From Lachnospiraceae bacterium (GTDB taxonomy: Bacteria; Bacillota; Clostridia; Lachnospirales; Lachnospiraceae): a stretch of 64,000 nucleotides of DNA. The stretch is taken from NCBI GenBank assembly GCA_017521195.1, contig JAFXGP010000088.1, positions 11,203 to 75,202 of the forward strand. The letters are read 5' to 3'. This document shows, one piece after another, positions 26,286 to 35,829 of the stretch. A program made the position numbers and the translations under genes. Position 1 is the stretch's first letter, and each line of letters starts with the position of its first letter. The notes under the pieces were generated by a model. The model was not told where the DNA came from. It saw nothing but the letters and a program-made list of their open reading frames with translations, and searched no databases.

Positions 26286-27275
26286 TTATATAGGCTGTGT
26301 TTTTCCTACTTTATATAACAGATGTAAAATTTCAAGCCAACCCTTTTGCAACAACCATAATTTTAATTTATTGGCTTTGGATATGGTCTGCATATATTCA
26401 TTCTTAGGCCACTGTGGAAATCTTTTATCCATGTATTCCACCATTTGTTTTGCCATTTTGCTGTTTTTATCTGCCCGCACACAGCGTCCTGCTGCCGCAA
26501 TCAGAACATGATAGATTCCTAAGGATTCCAATACAGAATAGTACTGTTCATAGACTCCCTTCTTTTTGAAATATGCTATAATCAGCTCCATGGCTTTTAT
26601 AATTTCTAAATTCTTTTCGTTAGCTCTGCTATGCATTACGGAAGTGGAACGCTGCATATAATAATACAAAGGCTCCGCTAACACTTCAATCTTACCCGCA
26701 TTGCTTAAGAAGATACAGGCTCCCACCAGATCCTCATACCACATACCGGTTGGGAAACGCATATCCGGATTATCAAAGATGCTTCTTCGGTATAACTTAT
26801 TCCAAGGACAAGGATATTCTAATAATACTTTCGGATGTTTTTCTACACTGATTTCTTTTGCATCAATGTTGCACCCTTTCATAACGGTCAGCACTTTCCC
26901 TGACTCATCTGTCACGTAAGCATCGAAAAGCACCATATCTGCATCGGTTTTCTTCGCCAACTGATAAGTTTTCTCCACCAAGGTAAGTTCCACGGTATCG
27001 TCACTGTCCACAAAGAGAATATACTCTCCTTCTGCCAGGGTAATGCCTTTGTTTCTGGCACCTCCCTGCCCTGTATTCTCCTGTTTGTATGCACGAATTT
27101 TACCCGGATATTTCTTCTGATATTCCAGAGCAACCTCATGACTTTTGTCTTTGGAACCATCATCGATAATAATGATTTCAAAATTCTGCATGGTTTGCTT
27201 TAAAATAGAATCCAGACAAATCCCGATATAACCTTCTACATTATAAGTTGGTATAATAATACTGACTGCTTTCAC
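26286..27275 (-). CDS. family-2 glycosyltransferase
   Basis: 329 aa. Signature VSIIIPTYNVEGYIGICLDSILKQTMQNFEIIIIDDGSKDKS and motif VDSDD. Confidence 0.85.
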   Translation of the reverse strand: MKAVSIIIPTYNVEGYIGICLDSILKQTMQNFEIIIIDDGSKDKSHEVALEYQKKYPGKIRAYKQENTGQGGARNKGITLAEGEYILFVDSDDTVELTLVEKTYQLAKKTDADMVLFDAYVTDESGKVLTVMKGCNIDAKEISVEKHPKVLLEYPCPWNKLYRRSIFDNPDMRFPTGMWYEDLVGACIFLSNAGKIEVLAEPLYYYMQRSTSVMHSRANEKNLEIIKAMELIIAYFKKKGVYEQYYSVLESLGIYHVLIAAAGRCVRADKNSKMAKQMVEYMDKRFPQWPKNEYMQTISKANKLKLWLLQKGWLEILHLLYKVGKTQPI

Positions 27276-27286
27276 GTTTTCTACCT

Positions 27287-28339
27287 TTATCTGTTCATAT
27301 CATAATAAATCTGCACCAATTCTTTTATACTATTGTCCAGATTATATTCCTTGTTTATTTTTTCTCTTCCTGTGATTCCGCATTTCTTTTGCAGATTAAC
27401 ATCTTCCAACAATTCAGCCAAAGCATCTTTCAAAGCCTTGGTATCCTTCGGTGGAATCAACACTCCTGTCTCCTGCGGAGTTACCATATAAGGAATTCCC
27501 CCAACATTGGTTGCCACGCAGGCACATCCATATGCCATACCCTCCAGTAAAGATACCGGCATTCCTTCAAAATAAGTTGGAAGTACAAATATATTACATT
27601 CTTTTAAATACTTCTCTTTTTGTTCACTGTCAATCCAGCCAAGTTGATGTACCCATTCACCGCAATAATCTGCTTTTTCTTTCAAATCTTCATCCACCCA
27701 GATACCGCCCAGATACAATTCTAATTCCGGATACTGTTCTTTAAGCTCACTCACTGCATCTAACAGTTCCCTGATACCCTTTTCCTTACACAAACGGCCC
27801 AGAAATAAAAGTTTTTGTCCGGAATAATTTTTTTCATATACGGGTGGAACTTTAATGGTATTTGGAAACACCGTGATTTTATTCACATCCGTAATGTCCC
27901 CAAAGATATCCTTCAAATGAGGAGCTACCACTAGCATCTTATCTGCCTTATCCACCACACTTCTAATTTGTTTTCTTTGGCTGTCATTACATTTCTCATA
28001 ATAGAATTCATCAATATGTCCGCCATGCTGATGTATGATTATTTTTTTCTTGTATAGGGACGCAATGTAAATAAACGGCATTTTACGATAGATACTTACA
28101 TCTGATGCCATGTTTACATGAACAATATCGTATTTATGCACTACCATTACAAACTTCAGCAAAGCTTTTGCCGCCACCAGCAATTTATGAACTTTGCTTC
28201 CATCTTCCATGGTTCCAATATAGGTCAAATCAATCTGTTTATCCAAACCTGCATCATAGTAATTGTTAATTACACCGGAAATACCTCCATTAACACTTCT
28301 GGCCGGACCAATCATCAAAACTTTTACTTTTTCTTTCAT
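27287..28339 (-). CDS. GT4-type glycosyltransferase
   Basis: 350 aa. Motif LPTYFEGMPVSLLEGMAYGCACVATNVGG (EX7E). Confidence 0.8.
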   Translation of the reverse strand: MKEKVKVLMIGPARSVNGGISGVINNYYDAGLDKQIDLTYIGTMEDGSKVHKLLVAAKALLKFVMVVHKYDIVHVNMASDVSIYRKMPFIYIASLYKKKIIIHQHGGHIDEFYYEKCNDSQRKQIRSVVDKADKMLVVAPHLKDIFGDITDVNKITVFPNTIKVPPVYEKNYSGQKLLFLGRLCKEKGIRELLDAVSELKEQYPELELYLGGIWVDEDLKEKADYCGEWVHQLGWIDSEQKEKYLKECNIFVLPTYFEGMPVSLLEGMAYGCACVATNVGGIPYMVTPQETGVLIPPKDTKALKDALAELLEDVNLQKKCGITGREKINKEYNLDNSIKELVQIYYDMNR

Positions 28340-28342
28340 ACA

Positions 28343-28465
28343 TTAAAATCCCTGATATAAAACAGATACATTTTCCACCATCAGTACCGCATACACTGCA
28401 ATTAACAGTTTTGCTACTAATAGAATAAATTGTATTTTATCCGGTAATTGTTCAAACTTCTTCAT
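28343..28465 (-). CDS. unannotated 40-aa single-pass membrane micro-protein, DltX-like (C-terminal YxxF)
   Basis: Below the ORF-track size cut-off. It reads ATG (28465) ... TAA (28343) and encodes MKKFEQLPDKIQFILLVAKLLIAVYAVLMVENVSVLYQGF. SD AAGGAAA lies 6-7 nt upstream. It starts 21 nt after the MBOAT stop, and its stop is 3 nt before the next ATG. The shape is one TM helix plus a C-terminal tail ending in Y-Q-G-F. Confidence 0.55.
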   Translation of the reverse strand: MKKFEQLPDKIQFILLVAKLLIAVYAVLMVENVSVLYQGF

Positions 28466-28486
28466 AGTTTCCTTCACACTTACACT

Positions 28487-29689
28487 TTATCTAAACATAT
28501 TTATTAATGCTCCCCAAGTATCGTATCCCACAAAGGCAAAGGAGATACAGATATAGCCCCAAGTAACACCGATTTCGATCCATTTAACAATAGGTTTACT
28601 CTGATATTCTTTGTATTTCTTCTTACCCATTTTCTTCTTCAGGGTATTGTTAAACCACATACTTCCGGATACGCCTAAACCTTCTAACAAACCATATATA
28701 ATATAGTTGATGGTATTGCCGTGCCAGATACCTGCAATGAAAAAAGTAACAAATAACATCACATACTGGATAATATTAATATCCGCTTTTTCAAACTTGG
28801 TAATTCCCCATTTAAAAATCGGAGAATAAATATAATCACGAATCCACTGGGACAGGGTGATATGATGTCTGTTCCAGTATTCGGATAAACTTCTTGCCAA
28901 ATAAGGCTTGTTGAAGTTTTCCGGAATAGTAAATCCTGCCAGCTTTCCTGCTGCAATCACAATATCGCAGAAACCTGAAAAGTTAAAATAAATATACCAA
29001 GCATTCAGAAATGTAAATGCCAAGTAAATCACTAACAATGTAACACCACTCCAACGTTCAAAATTGCGGAAGGCTTTATCTGTGTAATTATGTATGACAC
29101 CGGAAATCAAAAATACTTTGATATATCCGTTTAACATACGGTTCAACTGGCTGTAAATTTCCTGCTTTTCCAAAGGCTGTTTTTCTTCCTTACGGTCTTC
29201 CAGATAATCCCGAAATCTCATAATCGGACCGCAGATAATGGTATAGAAGGATAAGAGGTAATTCACATAATCCAGAAGACGGATTTCTTCTCCTTCTTCC
29301 TTTAGCCAATCATACTGCATTACAAAATCAATTTCTCGGAACAAAATATAAGAAAGTCCCAGCAGCTTCCATGCAAATAAATAGGGAATATTTAACACAC
29401 CAAAAATCCAGTCGTATTTCATTTCATATGCGAAACATACTACCAGTGCTATAATAATCCATCTCTTATTCTTCACTCTTGGAGTCAGGAGGTAGGGAAA
29501 CAGAATAAAAAATGCTGCAAACAATAACTGTCCGATACTACGGATTCCCACACCAAACACAAATAGGTTTAATCCAAGAAAAATCAATTCTCTGTATTTC
29601 CAATTGTTTCTTAAAAAAATAGGTGAAATCACTAAAAGTATAACAAACCAAAGTGATTCAATTGCAACCTCAAACATAGTTCTCCTCAT
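28487..29689 (-). CDS. MBOAT-family membrane O-acyltransferase (DltB/AlgI-like)
   Basis: 400 aa, polytopic. Motifs EYWNRHHITLSQWIRDYIY and FFIAGIWHGNTINY (conserved MBOAT His). Confidence 0.85.
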   Translation of the reverse strand: MRRTMFEVAIESLWFVILLVISPIFLRNNWKYRELIFLGLNLFVFGVGIRSIGQLLFAAFFILFPYLLTPRVKNKRWIIIALVVCFAYEMKYDWIFGVLNIPYLFAWKLLGLSYILFREIDFVMQYDWLKEEGEEIRLLDYVNYLLSFYTIICGPIMRFRDYLEDRKEEKQPLEKQEIYSQLNRMLNGYIKVFLISGVIHNYTDKAFRNFERWSGVTLLVIYLAFTFLNAWYIYFNFSGFCDIVIAAGKLAGFTIPENFNKPYLARSLSEYWNRHHITLSQWIRDYIYSPIFKWGITKFEKADINIIQYVMLFVTFFIAGIWHGNTINYIIYGLLEGLGVSGSMWFNNTLKKKMGKKKYKEYQSKPIVKWIEIGVTWGYICISFAFVGYDTWGALINMFR

Positions 29690-29715
29690 TCCATGATTTC
29701 ATATTTCATCATGAA

Positions 29716-29949
29716 TTACGCTAATTTCTTTTCAATCAATGCAATAAATTCGCCTACGTTTTTCAGTTTCATAACTTCTACTGTAGTAAATTTCACGCCG
29801 AATTTCTTTTCTACAGCTACAATCAACTGAATGTGTGTGAGAGATGTCCAATCTTCCACATCTTCTGCTGTCATTTCATCAAAAAGCTCCAATTCGTCAT
29901 CATCAAATACATCCTGAAATACTTCTGTTAAAGTTTCTTTTACATTCAT
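29716..29949 (-). CDS. acyl/peptidyl carrier protein (DltC-like)
   Basis: 77 aa, acidic. The Ser attachment context is EDVEDWTSLTHIQLIVAVEKKFG. The start lies 1 nt after the FkbH-like stop. Confidence 0.8.
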   Translation of the reverse strand: MNVKETLTEVFQDVFDDDELELFDEMTAEDVEDWTSLTHIQLIVAVEKKFGVKFTTVEVMKLKNVGEFIALIEKKLA

Positions 29950-29950
29950 C

Positions 29951-31702
29951 TTAATTTATCTCCTTTATCCAAATCTTTTTATTATATTCTTTTGTTAAAT
30001 CATATCCATATTTATTCTCCGCGATTTCTTCAAATCCTAATCCGGGATAGAAATCTTTTACCATACGGTTCTTTGCGGTAGGAATGTATTCTCCCACCAA
30101 TTTACTGCACCCCATACTTCTTGCCGCATCACATACATGAGAAAAGGCAAATTCTTCCACACCTCTCTTTAATACACGACAGCTCATAACCCAGGTATCA
30201 GCAAAACATTCTTCTCCGTCTTTTCTCAGAATAATACAGGAAATGATTCCGTAATCGCTGAATTTATCCTTTAAGGACACTGCCAAAAGCTTGGTATTTT
30301 CTTCCTGCATCATTTGTTCAATAGAAGCTTCCGTATAACGGATGGTGCGGAGATTAAACTGATTGGATTTGTTAATTAACTGTGCAAAACGTTCCTTGCT
30401 GTATTCATCAATTTCGTCCACACTTCCGACCATATCCAATGCCTGCAAATATTCGTCATAGTTTACAAAGCTGCTTTCCAGTTCCTGGCGTTTGCTGTTC
30501 TGTAAATAAGACTGGGTACGTTTGAAATCTTCTCCTGTCAACTGTCCCCATTCAAATGGCATACATAAGGATAATGCCTGTACATAATCAGCCGGATCTT
30601 CCGGTACATCTACTACCAAAACTTCCGGTACAAATTTCTTTACAATTTCCCGTTCCGCCGGATTGTCATCGAAGAATACCAGAGAGTCCACACCGATATT
30701 CAGTTTAGATGCAATGGTACGGATATTACCTGCTTTGTCTTCCCAGTTGGCAATGAAACAAGAGATATCGTCCAGTTTCAAAATCATCTTATCATTTTTC
30801 TCAAACGGCTCTTTGGCAATATCTTCTTCGTTTTTACTGCATACTGCCAAAATAACACCACGTTCTTTTAACTGTAATACATACTGTTGGAAAGCTCTGT
30901 AGGATTCCCCGATGGCATTGTTTGGATCCAACTGGATTCCCATACAACCGTCATCACCTACAACACCACCCCAAAGGGTATTATCTAAGTCTAATACCAG
31001 ACACTTTTTCACTTTACCGGTTAATGCCAGAATCTGTTTTACAAACACTTCTGCAGCAACTCCGATATAATCCATACGGAACCCGGTTTTGGACAGATAA
31101 TAGGAAGAATTGTCAAACCAGTTGATTTTACCAACCACTCCTGCCCAATAATCCATATCCATAATGGTTACATTACCGCCACGTTTTTGTTCTAACTTAG
31201 CATTAATTCTCTTGTAATAATAAGAGCGGGAATATTCATAATTAGATTCCAGATTGCCCAATGCTCTCTCAATAGGGAGTACAAAGTTGGCCTGAAGAAT
31301 CTGACATCCCAAAGAAGTCTCTAATTTACTCCAGATCCCTTGATACAACTGCACCTGCTTGTCTGCCAGCTGTTCTACAGCGTCTGCATCGCTTCCCAGT
31401 ACCGGAAATTCTTTAATATCCTTAATGGATGGCAACAAGATTACCATGGATGGTTTGAATTCATACAAATCAGAGTCATCATTTAACACATCCATTAAAA
31501 TGCCATCATATTCCCCTTCATAGATATTGGCATCGATGCCTTCTTCATGTAAAAGGAAACGGAGTACACTTACAAAATGCTGTATGCTGTAAGACCCGAG
31601 AACCGCAATTCTTACATCCTTTTCTCCTGCCACATAAGACTTGGCATAACGTCTTGCCAATTTTAATAACTGAGGTATTTCTTCTATGTTCCAAACGTTC
31701 AT
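29951..31702 (-). CDS. FkbH-like HAD-IIIC family enzyme (candidate glyceryl-/acyl-ACP loader)
   Basis: 583 aa. HAD motif I is LVLDLDNTLWGGVVGDDG. The C-terminal domain carries the conserved Cys context VMSCRVLKRGVEE. Confidence 0.75.
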   Translation of the reverse strand: MNVWNIEEIPQLLKLARRYAKSYVAGEKDVRIAVLGSYSIQHFVSVLRFLLHEEGIDANIYEGEYDGILMDVLNDDSDLYEFKPSMVILLPSIKDIKEFPVLGSDADAVEQLADKQVQLYQGIWSKLETSLGCQILQANFVLPIERALGNLESNYEYSRSYYYKRINAKLEQKRGGNVTIMDMDYWAGVVGKINWFDNSSYYLSKTGFRMDYIGVAAEVFVKQILALTGKVKKCLVLDLDNTLWGGVVGDDGCMGIQLDPNNAIGESYRAFQQYVLQLKERGVILAVCSKNEEDIAKEPFEKNDKMILKLDDISCFIANWEDKAGNIRTIASKLNIGVDSLVFFDDNPAEREIVKKFVPEVLVVDVPEDPADYVQALSLCMPFEWGQLTGEDFKRTQSYLQNSKRQELESSFVNYDEYLQALDMVGSVDEIDEYSKERFAQLINKSNQFNLRTIRYTEASIEQMMQEENTKLLAVSLKDKFSDYGIISCIILRKDGEECFADTWVMSCRVLKRGVEEFAFSHVCDAARSMGCSKLVGEYIPTAKNRMVKDFYPGLGFEEIAENKYGYDLTKEYNKKIWIKEIN

Positions 31703-31740
31703 GTATTCCTCACATTCCGCTGTGATTACAGCTTTTTCCC

Positions 31741-32667
31741 CTACTGCATAATGCGGGAGAATTCTTCTTTCATAAAATCTGTATATTTTAATTGCGCCTC
31801 TTTGGTAAGATGGGCACGGTCTTCATAATCTTCCCAGTCAAATATATTTCTACTGTCGATGTAAGCAATTCCATGTTCTTCCAAAAACGGTTTCAATTCA
31901 TTATCAATGTATTGATTAAAGATAATTCCTTCGTTGGAATCTGCATGAGCCTGTGTAATATACACGAAGTTCACCACCACGTTAGTTCTTTGTTCTAATT
32001 CCAGAATCTTATCTTCAAATTTTTTCTTCTGTTCTTCACTAATATATTCAAAATCCTTAGTAAAAGTATTCCACTCTTCCAACTGAGCTTCGTAAACCTC
32101 CGGACTGTCTTCCAAAGCCTGTACTTTTAAAGTCAGCTTTTCTACTAGGTTGTCCAGATTATGCTCAATGGCAAATAAGTACCTTTTAATCGCTGAAGTC
32201 CAGTAACTTTTACGTTCCAACTCCAAATCCTGATTGACGTAAAAATCACCCCAAGTATTAATATTGGCTACTGCTGCCATGTTATGGTATTCTGCTTTAC
32301 GTATAGTACTGGTTCCCATGTCCAACAACAGATAATTATCTTTGGTATAAGAATAGCCTTTCTGCTCCAAATAATCTAATAATAAGATTAATTCATCCAA
32401 GCTCTGGGCACTGGTTGCCATTAACTCCACTTCCGGGAATGCTTCCATGTCGATACCACTCTGAGCTGTGGAAGCACCGAATTGCACTATCTTTACCCGT
32501 TCACCCTTGTCCAGGATGCGTTCCACATCAATGAAATATAAATCTCCCAGGGCACCCTCTCCGGCCACGGATACATTGACTGCAACAATGATGGCTGCTG
32601 CCGCAATTGTCGCAACTAAAATACCAATGCATGTTTTTAAATATTGATTCAATCCATATTTTTTCAT
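31741..32667 (-). CDS. membrane-anchored SGNH/DltD-like extracytoplasmic O-acyltransferase
   Basis: 308 aa. There is an N-terminal TM anchor (IGILVATIAAAAIIVAV), a Ser-block FGASTAQSG and a C-terminal DxxH block (EDRAHLT). Confidence 0.55.
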   Translation of the reverse strand: MKKYGLNQYLKTCIGILVATIAAAAIIVAVNVSVAGEGALGDLYFIDVERILDKGERVKIVQFGASTAQSGIDMEAFPEVELMATSAQSLDELILLLDYLEQKGYSYTKDNYLLLDMGTSTIRKAEYHNMAAVANINTWGDFYVNQDLELERKSYWTSAIKRYLFAIEHNLDNLVEKLTLKVQALEDSPEVYEAQLEEWNTFTKDFEYISEEQKKKFEDKILELEQRTNVVVNFVYITQAHADSNEGIIFNQYIDNELKPFLEEHGIAYIDSRNIFDWEDYEDRAHLTKEAQLKYTDFMKEEFSRIMQ

Positions 32668-32678
32668 AATAGTTCCTA

Positions 32679-33887
32679 TTAATTGTTTTTATTTATTCCT
32701 ACTTGCTTCTTAAATGAAAGGAACTGCCACCAATAGACTTCTTCCGTTCCTTCCAGATGAAGTATTTCACTAAGATACACTCCAAGTAAAATCAAAACAT
32801 AATTTCTTCCGTTGAATACGGAAATGGTATGAGCTTCAAACAACTGATAAAAAGCAAACATCAGAACCATTACATAGATTCCGTAGTCCTTTCTTTTCTT
32901 ACTATTCCAAAGCAATGCACCGTTAAGATACATATACACAAGCCCCGGAACAATTCCATACCAGTAGAATAATCTGACAATTCCCATGTCAAAATATCGG
33001 GTATTGTCCGGACAGGAAAACAAACTCCATCTTGTCAGATCCGCTCTAAAGTACGCATATCGAAGTCTGGCCGAGAAAATGGTAAAATCAATTTTATCCA
33101 ACCACAAATGACTCCATCCCTTATGATTAAACCCTACTCCATACCAGGCTACCACAACTGCCAGAACTACCGTCATGGCAATGGCAACACAACCAAATAT
33201 GTAGACCCATTTTTGGTCTCTCATCTTCGGACAATAGACAAAAAAGGCGGCCACCATAATAGATATGGCTGTTGTCATAAGTCCCATTCGGGAAGTGGAA
33301 AAACAATATGCCAGCACATTGATTCCCATAAGAATCCCCAGTTTATACAGGTTCAGTTTATCAAATTTAAGATAAATCCACAATAGTGTTAACATCAGCA
33401 CCATGCAATGGAAGGAGTTCGGATGTCCCATACCAAAGGTATATCTGGTTTCTAAGATATTATTACGGAAGATATCTGTTAAAGTCATGTCACCGTAAAT
33501 TCCCGTAATAGCCAATCCCATAATTAGAAGACATCCTATCAAAGTCACTTTAAAAACATAGGATAGCACTTTCTTGGCATCCAACCCTTTGCAGGCTGCA
33601 CACAAAGCAACTACACGGATAATTTCTTCCCTGTCAGTACATATATAAGAACAGATACCCATAAGTACAAAAAACGCCATAACTATCCATTCCTTACGGC
33701 TGTACTTGGTAAGAACAATTTTTCCTACAAACAATACGAAAAACAACCGGAACCACCAGGTCTGATATTGGATAATATAATTACTCTTATCCAGAATCAC
33801 CATGAAAAGTTCTCCTGTTAATCCTGCATAAAACAGACCATTTTTCAACTGATTCAGTTTTCCTTCTGTTAACAACTTTCCATTCAT
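32679..33887 (-). CDS. O-antigen ligase/polymerase-like membrane protein (Wzy_C/WaaL family)
   Basis: 402 aa, about 10-12 TM helices, with an external-loop motif TFGMGHPNSFH typical of the O-antigen ligase family. Confidence 0.6.
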   Translation of the reverse strand: MNGKLLTEGKLNQLKNGLFYAGLTGELFMVILDKSNYIIQYQTWWFRLFFVLFVGKIVLTKYSRKEWIVMAFFVLMGICSYICTDREEIIRVVALCAACKGLDAKKVLSYVFKVTLIGCLLIMGLAITGIYGDMTLTDIFRNNILETRYTFGMGHPNSFHCMVLMLTLLWIYLKFDKLNLYKLGILMGINVLAYCFSTSRMGLMTTAISIMVAAFFVYCPKMRDQKWVYIFGCVAIAMTVVLAVVVAWYGVGFNHKGWSHLWLDKIDFTIFSARLRYAYFRADLTRWSLFSCPDNTRYFDMGIVRLFYWYGIVPGLVYMYLNGALLWNSKKRKDYGIYVMVLMFAFYQLFEAHTISVFNGRNYVLILLGVYLSEILHLEGTEEVYWWQFLSFKKQVGINKNN

Positions 33888-33906
33888 TGTTTCTTACTTA
33901 CTCCCT

Positions 33907-35829
33907 TTATTTCAGTTCAAAGTAATTGTTAAGTGTTTTATCATCAAACATATAATTATAGATAATGTTATGATATCTGTTGATTTCCGTATCGCATTTC
34001 TCATCTGCTTCCTGATAAGAAATATGATTTTCTGCTGCATCTATAATACCTACCGTATTTATTACCGGATATTCTTCATACAAATCCATAAGGTATTTCT
34101 GGTGCCCGGTCATAGGTAATCCCAAAACCTCCATAGCATAGGACGACAAATAATTTAAACTCATATCTACATCCTGTTTTTCTTCGATGTCATAATTAGT
34201 CCAGATAAAATAAGGTGTGATATACATTTTCTGACGTTCCGACTGAGGCATATTGTTTAGGGAATATCCTGTCATAGTTTCCACAAACTCAGATTCCACT
34301 GCCGGCTGATGATCTCCGAAGAAGATGACTGCCACCGGTTCTTCATAAGCTTTCAGATATTCCAAAAATTCCCCCAAAGCCCGATCACTTTCATGTACCA
34401 GATTCAGATAATTACTTGTCTCTTCATAATTCTTGCCTTCCAAAGAAATCTCTTTTCTCAGCTGTTCGATTTCTCCGGTGTATCCTCCATGATTCTGAAC
34501 CGTTACATCAAAGATAAACATAGGTTCAGAACCCTTATTTTCTTCTAAGAGTTCTTTTACCACTTCATACTGACTGCTGTCCGTTGCATACTGACGGATA
34601 TAAGTTAAAGAATCCATATCTTCTTCAAAAAACGTACGGTCTACACCAAAATAATTATAGACAGATACTCTGTTCCATCCATAGGAACCATAAGGATGCA
34701 TAAACACGGTTTCATAACCCAAAGCTTTCATCTGGGTAAAAAGATTTTCTTTCTCTTCATGCAGATACATCTGATAGGGAACCACTCGTTCCGAAAAATA
34801 TCCAATACTGTTACCGGTCAAAAATTCGTATTCAGAATTAGCTGTATTTCCACCATAAATAGAAACATACAAATCTCCTTGGATGGTGTTCTCTTTTAAA
34901 CTCTTTAGTACCGGTAAAACTTCTTTGCTGGTTTCAAATTCTCCCAACACTTCCAAATCCGCGAAACTTTCATTCATAATGGCAATGATATTAGGATATT
35001 CTGCAGACACCGCAGCTTCATCAGAACTATACTCCTGTAATTGCTGTTGTAATTCTTCCGCTTGATATTCTTCCGGTTCACTAATCATAATCTCTTTTAA
35101 CTGCAGATACAGGTTGTAAGCAAATCCATTGGTTTCATGGGACCAATAATCCGCTTTTACTCCACCAAAAGAAATTATACTATTGGTACTAAGTAGCAAA
35201 AGCCAAAATATAACAGACAAGCCTGATAATATCACTCTTACCTTCCTCGGAAATTCCTGTTTTTCTTTTCTGTATTGCAAGAATGAAAGTATGACCAAAA
35301 ACAACACTCCTGCCAGAAAACAAAGACCGGCTCCTGTCTTTAATATAAATTCCATGTCAAAGTTCAACGTGTAACTACCGGCCACCGTCATGGCTGTTTT
35401 CAACGAGAAAATATCCCCGCCGCTAAGAGGTGTGCTTCGGATTGCCTTCACCACTGCATTCACAATCCCAAGTATCACAAAGAATACTGTAGGAATCCAT
35501 ATGGTAATACTCCACTTTTTCATCACCGAAACCAGTAGCATATAAATGCTTAAATACAACAGGATATTTAATATTCCTGTTTTGTTAATCCCGGTAACCA
35601 CTTTTCCGATAGCCATTAAATCATTAAAATAACAAGCACTTACGGCCAATAATAGTACCATCAGGTAGCTACTAAGGATTGTTTTTTCTTTCTTTTCTGC
35701 CACCCACATCCCAATGGATATCAAGGCAAAAATTACACATGAAACTATGCTTGCTCTTCCAATCAGAGCAAGGGCCCCAAGAACCGCCAGTGATGCAATT
35801 ACACTGCTATACTTCCATGAATACTTCAT
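33907..35829 (-). CDS. LtaS-like phosphoglycerol (alkaline-phosphatase superfamily) transferase
   Basis: 640 aa. A multi-TM N-terminus is followed by an extracellular sulfatase-fold domain. Its motifs are IIAIMNESFAD, GGNTANSEYEFLTG (Thr nucleophile context) and IFFGDHQP. Confidence 0.75.
   Translation of the reverse strand: MKYSWKYSSVIASLAVLGALALIGRASIVSCVIFALISIGMWVAEKKEKTILSSYLMVLLLAVSACYFNDLMAIGKVVTGINKTGILNILLYLSIYMLLVSVMKKWSITIWIPTVFFVILGIVNAVVKAIRSTPLSGGDIFSLKTAMTVAGSYTLNFDMEFILKTGAGLCFLAGVLFLVILSFLQYRKEKQEFPRKVRVILSGLSVIFWLLLLSTNSIISFGGVKADYWSHETNGFAYNLYLQLKEIMISEPEEYQAEELQQQLQEYSSDEAAVSAEYPNIIAIMNESFADLEVLGEFETSKEVLPVLKSLKENTIQGDLYVSIYGGNTANSEYEFLTGNSIGYFSERVVPYQMYLHEEKENLFTQMKALGYETVFMHPYGSYGWNRVSVYNYFGVDRTFFEEDMDSLTYIRQYATDSSQYEVVKELLEENKGSEPMFIFDVTVQNHGGYTGEIEQLRKEISLEGKNYEETSNYLNLVHESDRALGEFLEYLKAYEEPVAVIFFGDHQPAVESEFVETMTGYSLNNMPQSERQKMYITPYFIWTNYDIEEKQDVDMSLNYLSSYAMEVLGLPMTGHQKYLMDLYEEYPVINTVGIIDAAENHISYQEADEKCDTEINRYHNIIYNYMFDDKTLNNYFELK

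Noticed and set aside
33907-35829. Annotating the 640-aa protein as a sulfatase
   Set aside because: It has a multi-TM N-terminus and an extracellular alkaline-phosphatase-fold domain with a Thr (not Cys/Ser-FGly) nucleophile context. This fits LtaS-type phosphoglycerol transferases rather than true sulfatases.
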